Part shown: in pieces, positions 7,308 to 17,103 of the stretch
How the letters are laid out: each line of letters opens with the position of its first letter
Numbering within the stretch: the stretch's first letter is position 1
From: Okeania sp.
Lineage (GTDB): Bacteria > Cyanobacteriota > Cyanobacteriia > Cyanobacteriales > Microcoleaceae
DNA length: 32,000 nt
NCBI RefSeq assembly: GCF_035285525.1
Contig: NZ_JAYKGW010000213.1
Location: 1 to 32,000 of the forward strand
Direction: 5' to 3'
Notes under the pieces: generated by a model
The model's input: the letters and a program-made list of their open reading frames with translations, nothing else
What the model was told of the DNA's origin: nothing
The model's database searches: none
Made by a program: the position numbers and the translations under genes

Positions 7308-9062
7308 ATGAATTACACACCAACTTTAGCCAGAATATCTCTTTTTGAATTAGCACAATCTGGTGATTTTCAAGCTATTAGTCACTGGATAAATCAACAA
7401 CTAAAACCCCAAGGAATTTCAGCTCGTATAGCTAAAGAAACTACTGGATATCTACAAATTTTAGTAGAATTTCAACGTGAACCTTCCGTAGATAGATTAA
7501 TTCAATTTATCTGCCATAAACTTTGGCAACTCAATTCTCCTGTACTAAAAAGAGTAAACATTGCCGGACGTTTCCGAGGTTCATCTAATATACTTTGGAA
7601 ACACTCTGTCAAAATTAATTTATCTGCCAAAAGAAACTTAAATAAACCATCTAATTTAGCAAATAAAACTGATAATATTAAATTCAAAACATTTCGTTCT
7701 TTGATTTTAATTGGTTCAACAGTAGCAGCTTTTATTTTAGGTTGTTGGGTAAGTTATTATGGAGTTATCCTTCAATATTCCAGTTCTGAGGTCGAAACTG
7801 CTACCGAAAAAGTAAAAGTAATTAATCATAAAAAAATAACTAATCCCAAAGATCCTAATGTCACCTTAATGTTTGGTGGAGATGTTAATCTATCCAATCC
7901 AGTTTCTAATGCAATGCAAGGAAATTATCAGTTACCTTTTGCCAAAATGGATGAATATAGAACAGCAGATTTAACTATAGTTAACTTAGACAATCCTTTA
8001 GCTCATTCCACTCTCAAAAGTGCAACTCAACCCAAAGAATTAACCGTCAATCCTAACTATGTTAAAGTATTAAAATCAGGAGGAATTGATCTAGTAAATT
8101 TAGCTAACGATCATACTATCGACTATACAGAAAAAACTTTAGAAGAAACAATAAAAACTCTAGAACATTCAGGCATTCATTCTTTAGGAGCTGGTAAAAC
8201 CATAGACGAAGCCAGAAGGCCAAAAATTATTAAGGTTAAAGGCCAAAAAATTGCATATCTGAATTATTATGATACAGATGTTCAATCAAACACTACAGGC
8301 GTTAAAGTTAATATTAGCAATAGGGATAGGATATCCTCAGATATTCAAATTCTCAGAAAGCAGGTAGACTGGATAATTGTTAACTATCATTGGGGAGTTG
8401 AATTATCAGAATATCCTGGAGATTGGCAGATGGATATAGCTAGAATGACAATAGACCAAGGTGCTGATTTAGTAGTAGGACACCATCCGAAAGTATTGCA
8501 GGGAGCAGAAATTTATCAAGGGCGACCTATTATATATTCTTTGGGTAATTTTATTTTTGGAGATACTTCTAACCAAGAAAGTGATTATGAAACAGCGGTC
8601 TTGAAAGTATCCTTAAAACCAGGTAAAATGAAAGTTGAGTTTTTACCAGTAGTGGTTAGTCAATATCAACCTCAAATTGTCAAAGGTGAAAAAGGAGAAG
8701 AAATTCTCAAACACATTTCTCAAATTTCTAGTGCTTTTCATCAACCTATGAGAACTCCTGTAGAAATAAATCCAATTAATAAAGATTTTAATTTTGTTGG
8801 TATTGACTCTCTTTCTGGAGAAACAAATTCTCAGAATTTATCAACTCCAACCTTACCTAAATTACCTGAAAAATCTTCAGAATATAATGGAAATTCTATA
8901 AACTCTCCTGAAAAGAATTTAGAGGAAAAATCAGGTATTAATAAAAACAATATTTCTCTAACACCGAAATTAAATTCTCAAGGAACTTCCCAAGAAATAA
9001 AAGATTCTTTTATTGAAAAACCATTCATCAAAGAACCTTTTATTGAATTACCTCGTTTATGA
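7308..9062 (+). CDS. CapA-family (PGA_cap metallophosphatase-like) protein with N-terminal extra domain, one TM segment and a low-complexity C-terminal tail
   Basis: CapA motifs: LMFGGDVNL, VNLANDHTIDY, NYHWGVE, VVGHHPKVLQG, YSLGNFIF. TM segment is LILIGSTVAAFILGCWVSYYGVIL. The last ~130 aa are S/N/K/E/P-rich. Confidence 0.8.
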   Translation: MNYTPTLARISLFELAQSGDFQAISHWINQQLKPQGISARIAKETTGYLQILVEFQREPSVDRLIQFICHKLWQLNSPVLKRVNIAGRFRGSSNILWKHSVKINLSAKRNLNKPSNLANKTDNIKFKTFRSLILIGSTVAAFILGCWVSYYGVILQYSSSEVETATEKVKVINHKKITNPKDPNVTLMFGGDVNLSNPVSNAMQGNYQLPFAKMDEYRTADLTIVNLDNPLAHSTLKSATQPKELTVNPNYVKVLKSGGIDLVNLANDHTIDYTEKTLEETIKTLEHSGIHSLGAGKTIDEARRPKIIKVKGQKIAYLNYYDTDVQSNTTGVKVNISNRDRISSDIQILRKQVDWIIVNYHWGVELSEYPGDWQMDIARMTIDQGADLVVGHHPKVLQGAEIYQGRPIIYSLGNFIFGDTSNQESDYETAVLKVSLKPGKMKVEFLPVVVSQYQPQIVKGEKGEEILKHISQISSAFHQPMRTPVEINPINKDFNFVGIDSLSGETNSQNLSTPTLPKLPEKSSEYNGNSINSPEKNLEEKSGINKNNISLTPKLNSQGTSQEIKDSFIEKPFIKEPFIELPRL

Positions 9063-9396
9063 ATTTAATCAAAATTATAATAAGTCTTCAGCTATCAGTT
9101 ATCACCAAAAAATTTGGTCTAAAATATCTGTTTTCAGAAGGTTAAAAGCGGTCGTTTCACTTTCGCTGCGCGACATGAAACCCCATATTCAATCGACCAA
9201 TAAAAAAATAAACTTCCATATTTCAAGGCTCTTGCTTTCCTACGGAATACTCAGCAAACAGCCATAATTACTGATAACTGATAACTGAAATAATCTCTCC
9301 TATAAGGTTAACATATTATTACTGAGAGCTGAAAGCTAATAGCTGAATGCTTATCCTAAATATTAAATAGTAAATTCCTAAATTTCCATAAAAATT

Positions 9397-10269
9397 GTGT
9401 TTGCCATTGCACTGCAACAAAAAAAATATAAAACTTATACTCTCTCTGATTTAGCATTTAATTCTAGTATTAATGTAGTGCCAGAAAGAGGAGGAATAAT
9501 TACCAGTTGGTGTGTGAAAAATCAGGAACTACTTTTCCTAGATTCCGAAAGATTTGATAATCCAGAATTAACTATTAGAGGTGGAATACCTATCTTGTTT
9601 CCTATCTGTGGTAACTTATCAAACAACAGATACAAATATAATCGTAATAATTACTTTATCAAGCGACATGGATTTGCACGAGACCTACCTTGGCAAGTTG
9701 TAGAAAATTCAACCAAAGATAAAGCTTCCATAACTCTAGTTTTAATCAGCAATATACTAACCAAAACAGTTTATCCATTCGACTTTAAACTTACCTTTAC
9801 CTACCAACTCAAAGGTAATTCTCTAGAAATACTTCAAACTTATGCTAACTTAAGTAATACGGAAAGGATGCCATTTTCCACAGGACTCCATCCTTATTTC
9901 CTAGCTCCAAATAAGGAGCAACTCCGCTTTCATATTCCTTCCATGCAATATGTGGATCAGAAGAAAGGGACTCTACATGATAATAATTGCAAATTTGATT
10001 ATAAACTGAACGAAGTAAATGCAATATTTAAAAGACTAACAGGTTTGGCCACAACTGTCTACGATCAAAGTCGTGGTTTGAGAATTACAATGAGTTATAG
10101 TTCTGCATACTCAACTCTTGTTTTCTGGACAGTTAAAAATCAGAATTTTTACTGTTTACAACCCTGGACAGCTCCTCCTAATTCTTTAAACACAGATTAT
10201 CGTGTGGTTTATTTAGAACCAGGGTCTTCTTGTCAAATGGTAACTAGACTAACGGCAATATTTGTGTAA
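9397..10269 (+). CDS. Aldose 1-epimerase family protein
   Basis: 290 aa from a GTG start. The motifs VVPERGGIITSW, RGGIPILFPICGNL, HGFARDLPWQV and GLHPYF fit the aldose-epimerase superfamily. Confidence 0.75.
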   Translation: MFAIALQQKKYKTYTLSDLAFNSSINVVPERGGIITSWCVKNQELLFLDSERFDNPELTIRGGIPILFPICGNLSNNRYKYNRNNYFIKRHGFARDLPWQVVENSTKDKASITLVLISNILTKTVYPFDFKLTFTYQLKGNSLEILQTYANLSNTERMPFSTGLHPYFLAPNKEQLRFHIPSMQYVDQKKGTLHDNNCKFDYKLNEVNAIFKRLTGLATTVYDQSRGLRITMSYSSAYSTLVFWTVKNQNFYCLQPWTAPPNSLNTDYRVVYLEPGSSCQMVTRLTAIFV

Positions 10270-10540
10270 TAGTTGGACTTTTTACTTAATAACCTGGGAC
10301 ACTGTTGATTGATTCCCCAAATCTGGACATAAATAAAGCCAAAAATTCATTTTTTCTGGCAAGTTGTCACAAAATATAAAATTTTTCTGCAAAACTATTG
10401 CAATATTTATTGTTACTATGCTAATCTTAGTAATTGTGAGATAAAAAAAGAGTGCAGCGGTTCTAGAACAACTAAAGTATTCTGAAAATATCAAATTCAT
10501 CTACAGGAAAAACTTAATTCCTGACCTCAAATATAAATTA

Positions 10541-10612
<72 letters not shown>

Positions 10613-10664
10613 TTGAATAATTAATAATTATCTCTTCTTATAAATTAAGATTCTAGTAGTGGAC

Positions 10665-10919
10665 TGTTTCATCTAAAATGGTGCAATAGCTAGGGGCGGG
10701 TTTCTCAGGAAATTTTCCTAGATTTCTAGGATTTATACAAACCCGCCTCTGAAACGGTAGCTTATATCACTAGGGGCGGGTTTATCTAGTAAACCCATGA
10801 AAAATCGTTCTACGGTCGTATCGCTGCGCGACATGAAACGCATTTTTGTTATGCAACGTCCCTACTTGCAAAACCCGCCCCTACGGTGTCTTCCTAATGC
10901 ACCATTTAAGATGAAACAA
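10665..10919. mobile_element. MITE-like element with ~22-bp terminal inverted repeats, carrying two nested GGGGCGGGTTT hairpin elements (10691-10750 and 10771-10884)
   Basis: Left end is TGTTTCATCTAAAATGGTGCA. Right end is TGCACCATTTAAGATGAAACA. The inner elements are each bounded by TAGGGGCGGGTTT ... AAACCCGCC(C/T)C. Confidence 0.75.
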
Positions 10920-10923
10920 TGCA

Positions 10924-11066
10924 GTAGGGTGCTTTAGCAAAGGGTAACGCACCATTCTCCAGGAAAGCTTTACCTATCCCACAGATTACTTAATAATTAA
11001 TTATTTATGTGATTTTTGAATTAATTTAATAGTGATGCGTTACAGCTAGGGCCTAACGCACCCTAC
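10924..11066. repeat. Inverted-repeat element GTAGGGTGC...GCACCCTAC with internal TAACGCACC sub-repeats
   Basis: Termini read directly. The GTAACGCACC motif also occurs at about 13517. Confidence 0.65.
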
Positions 11067-11202
11067 AAATCAGAAAATAAAATATAAAAATAATATTAAT
11101 AGACAGAATCTTCATTTTGTCTTAAGATTGTTGTAGAAATTAAGCTTAAGTAAACCAACTTACTACAAGCTAATAACAAAAAAAATATTAGGAGGAAAAG
11201 GT

Positions 11203-12282
11203 ATGGCTATCGTACCAATGCGCTTACTGCTAGACCATGCGGCAGAAAATGGTTATGGCATCCCTGCATATAATGTTAACAATATGGAACAAATTCAGTC
11301 CATTATGCAGGCTGCAGATGAAGCAGACAGTCCTGTAATTTTACAAGCTTCTCGTGGGGCACGTAAATATGCTGGAGAAAACTTCTTACGCCACTTAATT
11401 TTGGCCGCAGTAGAAACTTACCCTCATCTTCCTATTGCTATGCACCAAGATCATGGTAACTCTCCTTCTACTTGCTATTCCGCTATGCGCCACGGTTTCA
11501 CTAGCGTCATGATGGATGGTTCTCTAGAAGCAGATGCTAAAACTCCAGCTAGCTTTGAATATAACGTTAATGTTACTGCTGAAGTAGTTAAGGTTGCTCA
11601 CTCCATTGGTGTAAGTGTAGAAGGTGAACTAGGTTGTTTAGGTTCCTTAGAAACTGGTATGGGTGATAAGGAAGATGGACATGGAGCAGAAGGTGTCCTA
11701 ACTCATGACCAACTTTTAACAGATCCAGATGAGGCTGTACAATTTGTAGAACAAACTCAAGTAGATGCTCTAGCAGTTGCTATTGGTACTAGCCATGGTG
11801 CTTATAAATTTACTCGTAAGCCTACTGGAGAAATTTTGGCGATTAGTCGCATTGAAGAAATTCACCGTCGTCTACCTAATACTCACTTAGTTATGCACGG
11901 TTCTTCTTCTGTTCCTGAAGATTTGTTGGCTATTATTAACCAGTATGGTGGTAAGATTCCAGAAACTTACGGTGTACCGGTTGAAGAAATACAAAAAGGT
12001 ATTAAGAGTGGTGTTCGTAAGGTGAATATTGATACTGATAACCGCTTGGCTATTACTGCTGCTATTCGTGAAGCTGCTGCTAAGGATCCTTCTAACTTTG
12101 ACCCTCGTCACTTCTTGAAGCCTTCTATTAAGTACATGAAGCAAGTATGTTTGGATCGTTATGAACAGTTTGGTACTGCTGGTAATGCTAGTAAAATTAA
12201 GGTTCAAACTTTAGATGAGTTTGCTGCTAAGTATGCTAGTGGAGAATTAGCTGCTACTACTAAGACTGCAGTTTCTGTGTAG
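11203..12282 (+). CDS. fbaA: Class II fructose-1,6-bisphosphate aldolase
   Basis: 359 aa. N-terminus [30 protein letters not shown], with the HQDHG and GTSHGAYKF motifs. An AGGAGG Shine-Dalgarno lies 7-12 nt upstream of the ATG. Confidence 0.95.
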   Translation: MAIVPMRLLLDHAAENGYGIPAYNVNNMEQIQSIMQAADEADSPVILQASRGARKYAGENFLRHLILAAVETYPHLPIAMHQDHGNSPSTCYSAMRHGFTSVMMDGSLEADAKTPASFEYNVNVTAEVVKVAHSIGVSVEGELGCLGSLETGMGDKEDGHGAEGVLTHDQLLTDPDEAVQFVEQTQVDALAVAIGTSHGAYKFTRKPTGEILAISRIEEIHRRLPNTHLVMHGSSSVPEDLLAIINQYGGKIPETYGVPVEEIQKGIKSGVRKVNIDTDNRLAITAAIREAAAKDPSNFDPRHFLKPSIKYMKQVCLDRYEQFGTAGNASKIKVQTLDEFAAKYASGELAATTKTAVSV

Positions 12283-12330
12283 TTTGTGAGAATTTTTTAG
12301 TTTAATTTCTCAATTATTTAATTGTTTAAT

Positions 12331-12371
12331 GAGAAGTCTTTTAGGTAATTTAAGGCTTCTCATTTTTTTTC
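12331..12371 (+). terminator. Putative intrinsic terminator downstream of fbaA
   Basis: Hairpin GAGAAGTC-(loop)-GGCTTCTC followed by a T8 run. The T run overlaps the 3' codons of the convergent DUF433 gene. Confidence 0.5.
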
Positions 12372-12647
12372 TAATTTCACTTTAGCAAGTTCTTGATATG
12401 TAGTTTGTTTGTCTACTATATCTTTGTCTATTTCTTCTCTATTAGTATGATAATAAGTTAATGCTGCATAAATTTGAGTTATTGTTAAATGATTTAATCT
12501 TCTGGCTATTTCTTCAACATTTTTCCCTTGATTATATAAACCAGCAATTCTACAAACCAATGTTCGAGTTCCTGCAATTATAGGACGACTACTATTAGAG
12601 TTAGGGTCAATAGCTATCAATGTGCTAATGTCAGTTATAGTTGCCAA
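12360..12647 (-). CDS. DUF433 domain protein (antitoxin-like HTH), with no adjacent partner
   Basis: 95 aa. IAGTRTLVCRIAGLYNQGKNVEEIARRLNHLTITQIYAALTYY fits DUF433. The TTG start is supported by AAGGAG 7 nt upstream. Confidence 0.7.
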   Translation of the reverse strand: MATITDISTLIAIDPNSNSSRPIIAGTRTLVCRIAGLYNQGKNVEEIARRLNHLTITQIYAALTYYHTNREEIDKDIVDKQTTYQELAKVKLEKK

Positions 12648-12771
12648 TATATTCTCCTTAAATTATCACAAATATTAACTACAATCTTCGATAAAATTCT
12701 AAGATTAATACACTTTATATTATCTTTAATTTAATTTAGTAAGCAGGCACAATTACCTCAATTTCAGTCTG

Positions 12772-13171
12772 TCAATTAAAATCATCTTCATTAAACGTAT
12801 AAATAGCGCTTACCCCATGGTACTTCATAATAACAATGTGCATTAAATAAAATACTCTAGCCTTCTTTATAGGATTTATTTTAAGCAATTAAAACCATTG
12901 CTTAAATATCTGATTTGAAAATTTGAGAAGTTTTATATTGGGCATTTATTGTGTCTTCAGCAGTCAGAGGATTAGCGATAGATTTGGAACTGGTAACAAC
13001 CGCATAAAACTCAGCAATAACTTGAGGTGATAGACAGAGAACTTCTGTTTTGCTAGGTCTTAAAACTTCTAAAGCTGCCCGATGTTTTTCTAAATTTTCT
13101 TTACTTCAATCAATTGAATATACCAGAATATTAGTATCTAAGTACCGTTTTATCTTGTTATTCGATACCAT
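12772..13171 (-). pseudogene. PIN-domain (VapC-like) toxin pseudogene
   Basis: Minus strand reads MVSNNKIKRYLDTNILVYSID, then an in-frame TGA, then SKENLEKHRAALEVLRPSKTEVLCLSPQVIAEFYAVVTS.... The C-terminal PIN block LMHIVIMKYHGVSAIYTFNEDDFN is in a different frame. That makes at least one nonsense mutation and one frameshift. Confidence 0.75.
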
Positions 13172-13398
13172 AAATATTACTTCTAGTTAGAGGTTCTTTG
13201 ACTCCAATATCAGCAACTAACCAATCAAATTCTTGATGAAGTTGCTGCAATTCTTTTCGTTCCTTCATCTTCCTGTTGATTGAGATTTTGTGGAGAATTA
13301 TTCTTTTGAGAAATAACCTTAAAAGCTGCAATAATTTGTTCTACTATAGCAATTTGTCTGGGAGTTAGACCTGTGACATCTATAACTTTATTTTTCAT
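13158..13398 (-). pseudogene. VapB-like antitoxin remnant, probably frameshifted
   Basis: MKNKVIDVTGLTPRQIAIVEQIIAAFKVISQKNN... terminates early. The conserved-looking C-terminus KERKELQQLHQEFDWLVADIGVKEPLTRSNIYGIE continues in the +1 frame, and its stop overlaps the vapC-like ATG. Confidence 0.55.
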
Positions 13399-13457
13399 CA
13401 TTATCCTCCTTAAAATTGATTATTTCTTGCCTTCCTTTATCAGTATTTAAGTTTATT

Positions 13458-13562
13458 AGGACTTACGGATGAACGTTGGTAGGGTGTATTTCGCTACGCG
13501 ATATGAAAAGCGGAGCGTAACGCACCAATACTCTATATGTAGTGCCTCCCGTGTAAGTCCTG
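13458..13562. mobile_element. MITE family with AGGACTTACG...(C/T)GTAAGTCCT terminal inverted repeats, copy 1
   Basis: Termini read directly as AGGACTTACGG ... CGTGTAAGTCCT. Confidence 0.8.
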
Positions 13563-13578
13563 TTTAGTAAATTGGCAA

Positions 13579-13952
13579 TCAATCATATTTTGTCGTCAAT
13601 TTAGTGACAAAATTTTTATATTCTGAAGAATTTAATCCCCGTTGTAAAATTGCCAAAACTTTGGCTAAATCTCCTGTAATCAAAACTGCTTTATCCAACC
13701 ATAATCCAGGAAAATATTCACTACAAATAATACCTTTTTCATTTGGTTTAAGTTTAACATATTTACCTTCTTTTAAGCGAAGCCAATCAAATTATCCATC
13801 ATAAAATCGCCAAACTAAATATTCTTGAACTTGATTACTTCGATAAGCTTTTAACTTATCATGTAGATCGATAGAAGCGCTACTAGCTGAAATTTCTACG
13901 ATTAATTCTGGCGCACCTTCTACATAACCATCTTTCCTATCTATTTACTTGA
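13579..13952 (-). pseudogene. Uma2-family (DUF820) endonuclease pseudogene, 5'-truncated with an in-frame stop
   Basis: Minus strand reads [49 protein letters not shown], then TAA, then FDWLRLKEGKYVKLKPNEKGIICSEYFPGLWLDKAVLITGDLAKVLAILQRGLNSSEYKNFV. The N-terminal ~90 aa typical of the family are missing. Confidence 0.75.
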
Positions 13953-13970
13953 ATTAATAGATGATTATTC

Positions 13971-14263
13971 TTACTGGTTGGATTTATTTTTTAGATATTG
14001 ATATGCTTTTGCTTTCGCAAGAGTAATAATATGTTCTACCACTAAAAATTTATCAAATTCGCCTTTTTCTTCTATTGCTGCCCTCCTGGGAGGAGTTAGG
14101 GGTGGGTCTCCATTTTTGAGCGATAAATTAGGTTTTCTATTTGCTCTTTTGTTGGCTCAGAATATTAAAATTGAGTCAAACTTTCTGGGGTTATACCTCC
14201 AGCGATAAATTCAATAAATTCATCATAAACTTTGGTTGTTTGTATGGTTGTATTTATCATCAT
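13971..14263 (-). pseudogene. Small antitoxin-like gene remnant (one nonsense codon plus one frameshift in an A-run)
   Basis: MMINTTIQTTKVYDEFIEFIAGGITPESLTQF, then TAA, then YSEPTKEQIENLIYRSK. After a shift at the AAAAA run it continues GDPPLTPPRRAAIEEKGEFDKFLVVEHIITLAKAKAYQYLKNK. Confidence 0.55.
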
Positions 14264-14534
14264 AAATTGTTACCTTATACCGTTTCACGGAAGTCAAAAG
14301 TCAAAATTCATGCATTATGATTTTATAGCTCAAAATTTTTCATAATGTAGCATAGCATAAGGTGTGAGGAGTCAGGAATCATATTTTTTCTAATATTAAT
14401 TATTATGATCACAACCAAAACCTGGGAAGGGCGAATGGCATTTCCTAAGGTCATGCTCCGCAAACGCCCCTACTTGGGATTGACTAAAATGAAAACCCCT
14501 ATAATTTTTGGAGATATCTATTAGAAACAGTTTG

Positions 14535-14560
14535 AATTATCAATTATTAATTATTAATTA
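14535..14560. repeat. Heptanucleotide array AATTATC/AATTATT overlapping the stop codon of the RDD-pentapeptide gene
   Basis: AATTATC AATTATT AATTATT AATTAC read directly. Confidence 0.75.
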
Positions 14561-16635
14561 CTTTCACATTGTTCGTGAACTCCTCCCTGTTGACAAATAT
14601 AGTTAATTTGATTCTGGTTTAAGTTCTTGGCAAAATTAAAATTAACTCCTTTTAAATTCTCGGATTTGAAACCATCTAGGGGATTAGTTAAAAATTGCTC
14701 TTCTTGAGTAGGTTTTGTTACTGCGAATTTTGCTCCTTTTAAATCTGTTCCACTTAAGTTTGCTCCTCGTAAATCTGCTAAACTTAAATCTGTATTTTGT
14801 AAATTAGCATTTTGCAGTTGAGCATTTCTAAAATCGGTATTATTTAACTTAGCTGAACTTAAGTTGGCTTTTTTTAAATTAGCTCTACTAAAGTTTGCCC
14901 CTGATAAATTTGCTCCTTGCCAATTAGATTCTCTTAAATCAGATGATTGAAAAATAGTACCTTCAGCTTTAACTTTACTTAAAGTAGCTTGGTATAATTT
15001 AGCTTCCGATAAATTAGCGCTTCCTAAATCTGCACCAGTAAAACTTGCCCCGGTTAAATTAGCTCGCTGTAAGTCAGTTTCGATTAACTTAGCACGGCTT
15101 AAATTGGCTTTTGTCATCACAGAATCTGGAATTTTAGCCTTATTCAGAGTTGCTCTAAATAAATCTGCACGCTCCATAAAGACTGGACCCATAATACCTG
15201 TTAAATTTGCTTCTATCAGATTTGCTCCACTAAAATCAGCAATTGAATCATCAAAAGTACCCAGACGATTATCTTTTCCAGGTCCATAAAAGCGACTATT
15301 CTTAAAACTAGCCTGATTGAGAATAGCACCTCTAAATTTCACTCCAGACAAATCTGTATTTTCTAATATCAAAGTAAAACTTGCTGGAGTAGAAGTAACT
15401 TGACCTAAATCTACTCTACTTAAATCAACATCTTTCACCGAACCACTATAAACTTTAAGAACCTTAGCGATCGCCTTTTGAGTTGCCCTGAGTTTTATAG
15501 ATACCACCAGTTGCTCTTTAGTATTACCAGCATAACTTAAAGAGTCCAAATCATTTTTCAGAGCTTGATTTAAACGACGTAGCTCTGGTAGTACAGTTGG
15601 TCCAGCACTTACTAAAGATAATTGAATTCCATCAAGTACACTTTGTTCTTTTTCTTGCCCCAACAAATCTACCAATAATGGTATGGCACGAGGATCTTTA
15701 GTAGCACCAAGAGCTAAAACTGCCACTCGTCGTTCTTGAGGTTGAGTGGAAGTTAGAGACAACTTATTCACCAGAGCTAGAAACATATCATTATCTTGTT
15801 GTTTCAGCACCCGCCAATTTGCCTGGTCTTGAATATAAACCTGAGTACCAAAGATAGTTCCTAGAACTGAGAGTATACCCACAGTAGTCACAGTCAGTAT
15901 GGCAATACCAGGATTTTGTTGTATCCAAGGCCATAAACGAAAATTTTCTGATTTTTGCTCACTCAGAATAATTGTGGTTACAGAAATTTGTTTCTCAGTA
16001 TTACCGAAACTAAAAGGATTAGAATCTAATTGCCCGGAGCGAGCATCTACCACCAAAGTATTTCCTAATTGATCATGTCCAGTGCGATGTAGTTTATTGA
16101 GGCGAACAAAATAAATATCAACTAAGGAAGTTAGTCCTCCTAGTAAAAGCAGGATTCCCAGAGAAGGAAATGCCCCACTGAGATGCCAAATTAAATAGGC
16201 AGTTCCCATAGGTAATCCCCATTTTCCCAAACCCTCGCGAATTAAGGTTCTTTTCCAACCAGGAGAATTTCCCAAAGCTGACACAACTCTAACTTCAAAC
16301 CAACGTTTCGGCAATGTTTGACCTGTTGTGGCTAATAGGTATAATTGCCAACTTACAATTATTGTAGGAGCTAATAATGCTCCAGACCATAATAAATTAG
16401 CTAAAGGAGTTACTTTTTGATAAGGATTTCGTAATGGTATTCCGAAAGTATTGGCAATTACTTCTGTAGTTTTTGCTACAACTGGGTTAAGAGGAACAGA
16501 TTTATTGCCAAAGCTACCTAACTGGCCAAGCCAAAATGGAACTGCTCCACTCACTAAAATAAGAGATACTTCTGTAGTCCAAGCACCACATCTACGAACC
16601 CAGATTGGTAGTTGCTTAGATTTTAACTCCGACAT
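14554..16635 (-). CDS. Multidomain membrane protein: RDD-family N-terminus, HEAT-like repeats, C-terminal pentapeptide-repeat domain
   Basis: 693 aa. The N-terminus has several TM segments (RRCGAWTTEVSLILVSGAVPFWLG...). The middle contains RRVAVLALGATKDPRAIPLLVDLLG. The last ~250 aa are A(D/N)LxG-type pentapeptide repeats (ANLSGANFSRANLKKANLSSAKLNNTDFRNAQLQNANLQNTDLSLADLRGANLSGTDLKGA). Confidence 0.85.
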   Translation of the reverse strand: MSELKSKQLPIWVRRCGAWTTEVSLILVSGAVPFWLGQLGSFGNKSVPLNPVVAKTTEVIANTFGIPLRNPYQKVTPLANLLWSGALLAPTIIVSWQLYLLATTGQTLPKRWFEVRVVSALGNSPGWKRTLIREGLGKWGLPMGTAYLIWHLSGAFPSLGILLLLGGLTSLVDIYFVRLNKLHRTGHDQLGNTLVVDARSGQLDSNPFSFGNTEKQISVTTIILSEQKSENFRLWPWIQQNPGIAILTVTTVGILSVLGTIFGTQVYIQDQANWRVLKQQDNDMFLALVNKLSLTSTQPQERRVAVLALGATKDPRAIPLLVDLLGQEKEQSVLDGIQLSLVSAGPTVLPELRRLNQALKNDLDSLSYAGNTKEQLVVSIKLRATQKAIAKVLKVYSGSVKDVDLSRVDLGQVTSTPASFTLILENTDLSGVKFRGAILNQASFKNSRFYGPGKDNRLGTFDDSIADFSGANLIEANLTGIMGPVFMERADLFRATLNKAKIPDSVMTKANLSRAKLIETDLQRANLTGASFTGADLGSANLSEAKLYQATLSKVKAEGTIFQSSDLRESNWQGANLSGANFSRANLKKANLSSAKLNNTDFRNAQLQNANLQNTDLSLADLRGANLSGTDLKGAKFAVTKPTQEEQFLTNPLDGFKSENLKGVNFNFAKNLNQNQINYICQQGGVHEQCESN

Positions 16636-16762
16636 AGATAATATAGATAAATATAGTAGTAATTTGTTCTATAGCAATTCTAAATTAGATTGTCATATTT
16701 TATTGTAGGGGTTTGGTCTCCAAACCCAAGCACATAAGCAGTTTAGTCTATATATTCCTAAA

Positions 16763-16874
16763 GCACTTTTCGTTGCCTGTGAGGTATACCCGCCCAGGCA
16801 AAATCAGACGTTATACTGGCAGTATCTGGAAGCTCGCACTATAAAACTTTCACCATTTACCACATTATTTGTTC
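16763..16874 (+). repeat. Dispersed ~105-bp repeat with GC-rich hairpin core (GTATACCCGC...GGC) and a CACTATAAA..TT.CACCATTTACC tail, copy 1
   Basis: Collinear by eye with 16966-17071 and 21256-21360, all in the same orientation. Confidence 0.7.
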
Positions 16875-16965
16875 AGGACTTACGCAGCAACCCTAGATAT
16901 GGTGCTTAAAACCCTTGAACTGGTAGTTAAAAAACTCTATATATAGTACCTTTGCGTAAGTCCTG
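16875..16965. mobile_element. AGGACTTACGCA...TGCGTAAGTCCT MITE, copy 2, inserted between two copies of the 105-bp repeat
   Basis: Perfect 12-nt terminal inverted repeats read directly. Confidence 0.85.
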
Positions 16966-17071
16966 TTGTTATGAAGTATACCCGCGCGGGCAAAATCAGA
17001 TGTTACACCCGCGGGTTCTGAAAACTCGCACTATAAAATTTTCACTATTTACCCTATAAATTATTTGTCGG
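16966..17071 (+). repeat. Dispersed ~105-bp repeat, copy 2
   Basis: GTATACCCGCGCGGGCAAAATCAGATGTTACACCCGCGGGTTCTGAAAACTCGCACTATAAAATTTTCACTATTTACCC. Confidence 0.7.
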
Positions 17072-17103
17072 AAATCTGCTGTAAATCTGCGCTTCACAAT
17101 TTT

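Noticed and set aside
9013-9267. 84-aa ORF overlapping the CapA 3' end
   Set aside because: It runs through dispersed repeat modules (GTTTCACTTTCGCTGCGCGACATGAAA, CAAGGCTCTTGCTTTCCTA) that recur at 10818, 13490 and 28740-28930, and it ends in a heptamer array. It is repeat-encoded and not a gene.
10282-10500. 72-aa minus-strand ORF upstream of tRNA-Lys
   Set aside because: It is hydrophobic, AT-driven sequence with no ribosome-binding site and no motif. It is likely a chance ORF in AT-rich spacer.
11150-11163. GTA-N8-TAC (NtcA-box-like) GTAAACCAACTTAC 40 nt upstream of the fbaA ATG
   Set aside because: The motif is expected several times by chance in 32 kb of AT-rich DNA. A properly spaced -10 would leave an implausibly short 5' UTR. 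There is not enough evidence to call a regulatory site.
11887-12207. 106-aa ORF antisense to fbaA
   Set aside because: It is a shadow ORF inside a highly conserved, strongly codon-biased gene.
13604-13804. 66-aa + strand ORF
   Set aside because: It is antisense to the clearly recognisable Uma2-family pseudogene reading frame.
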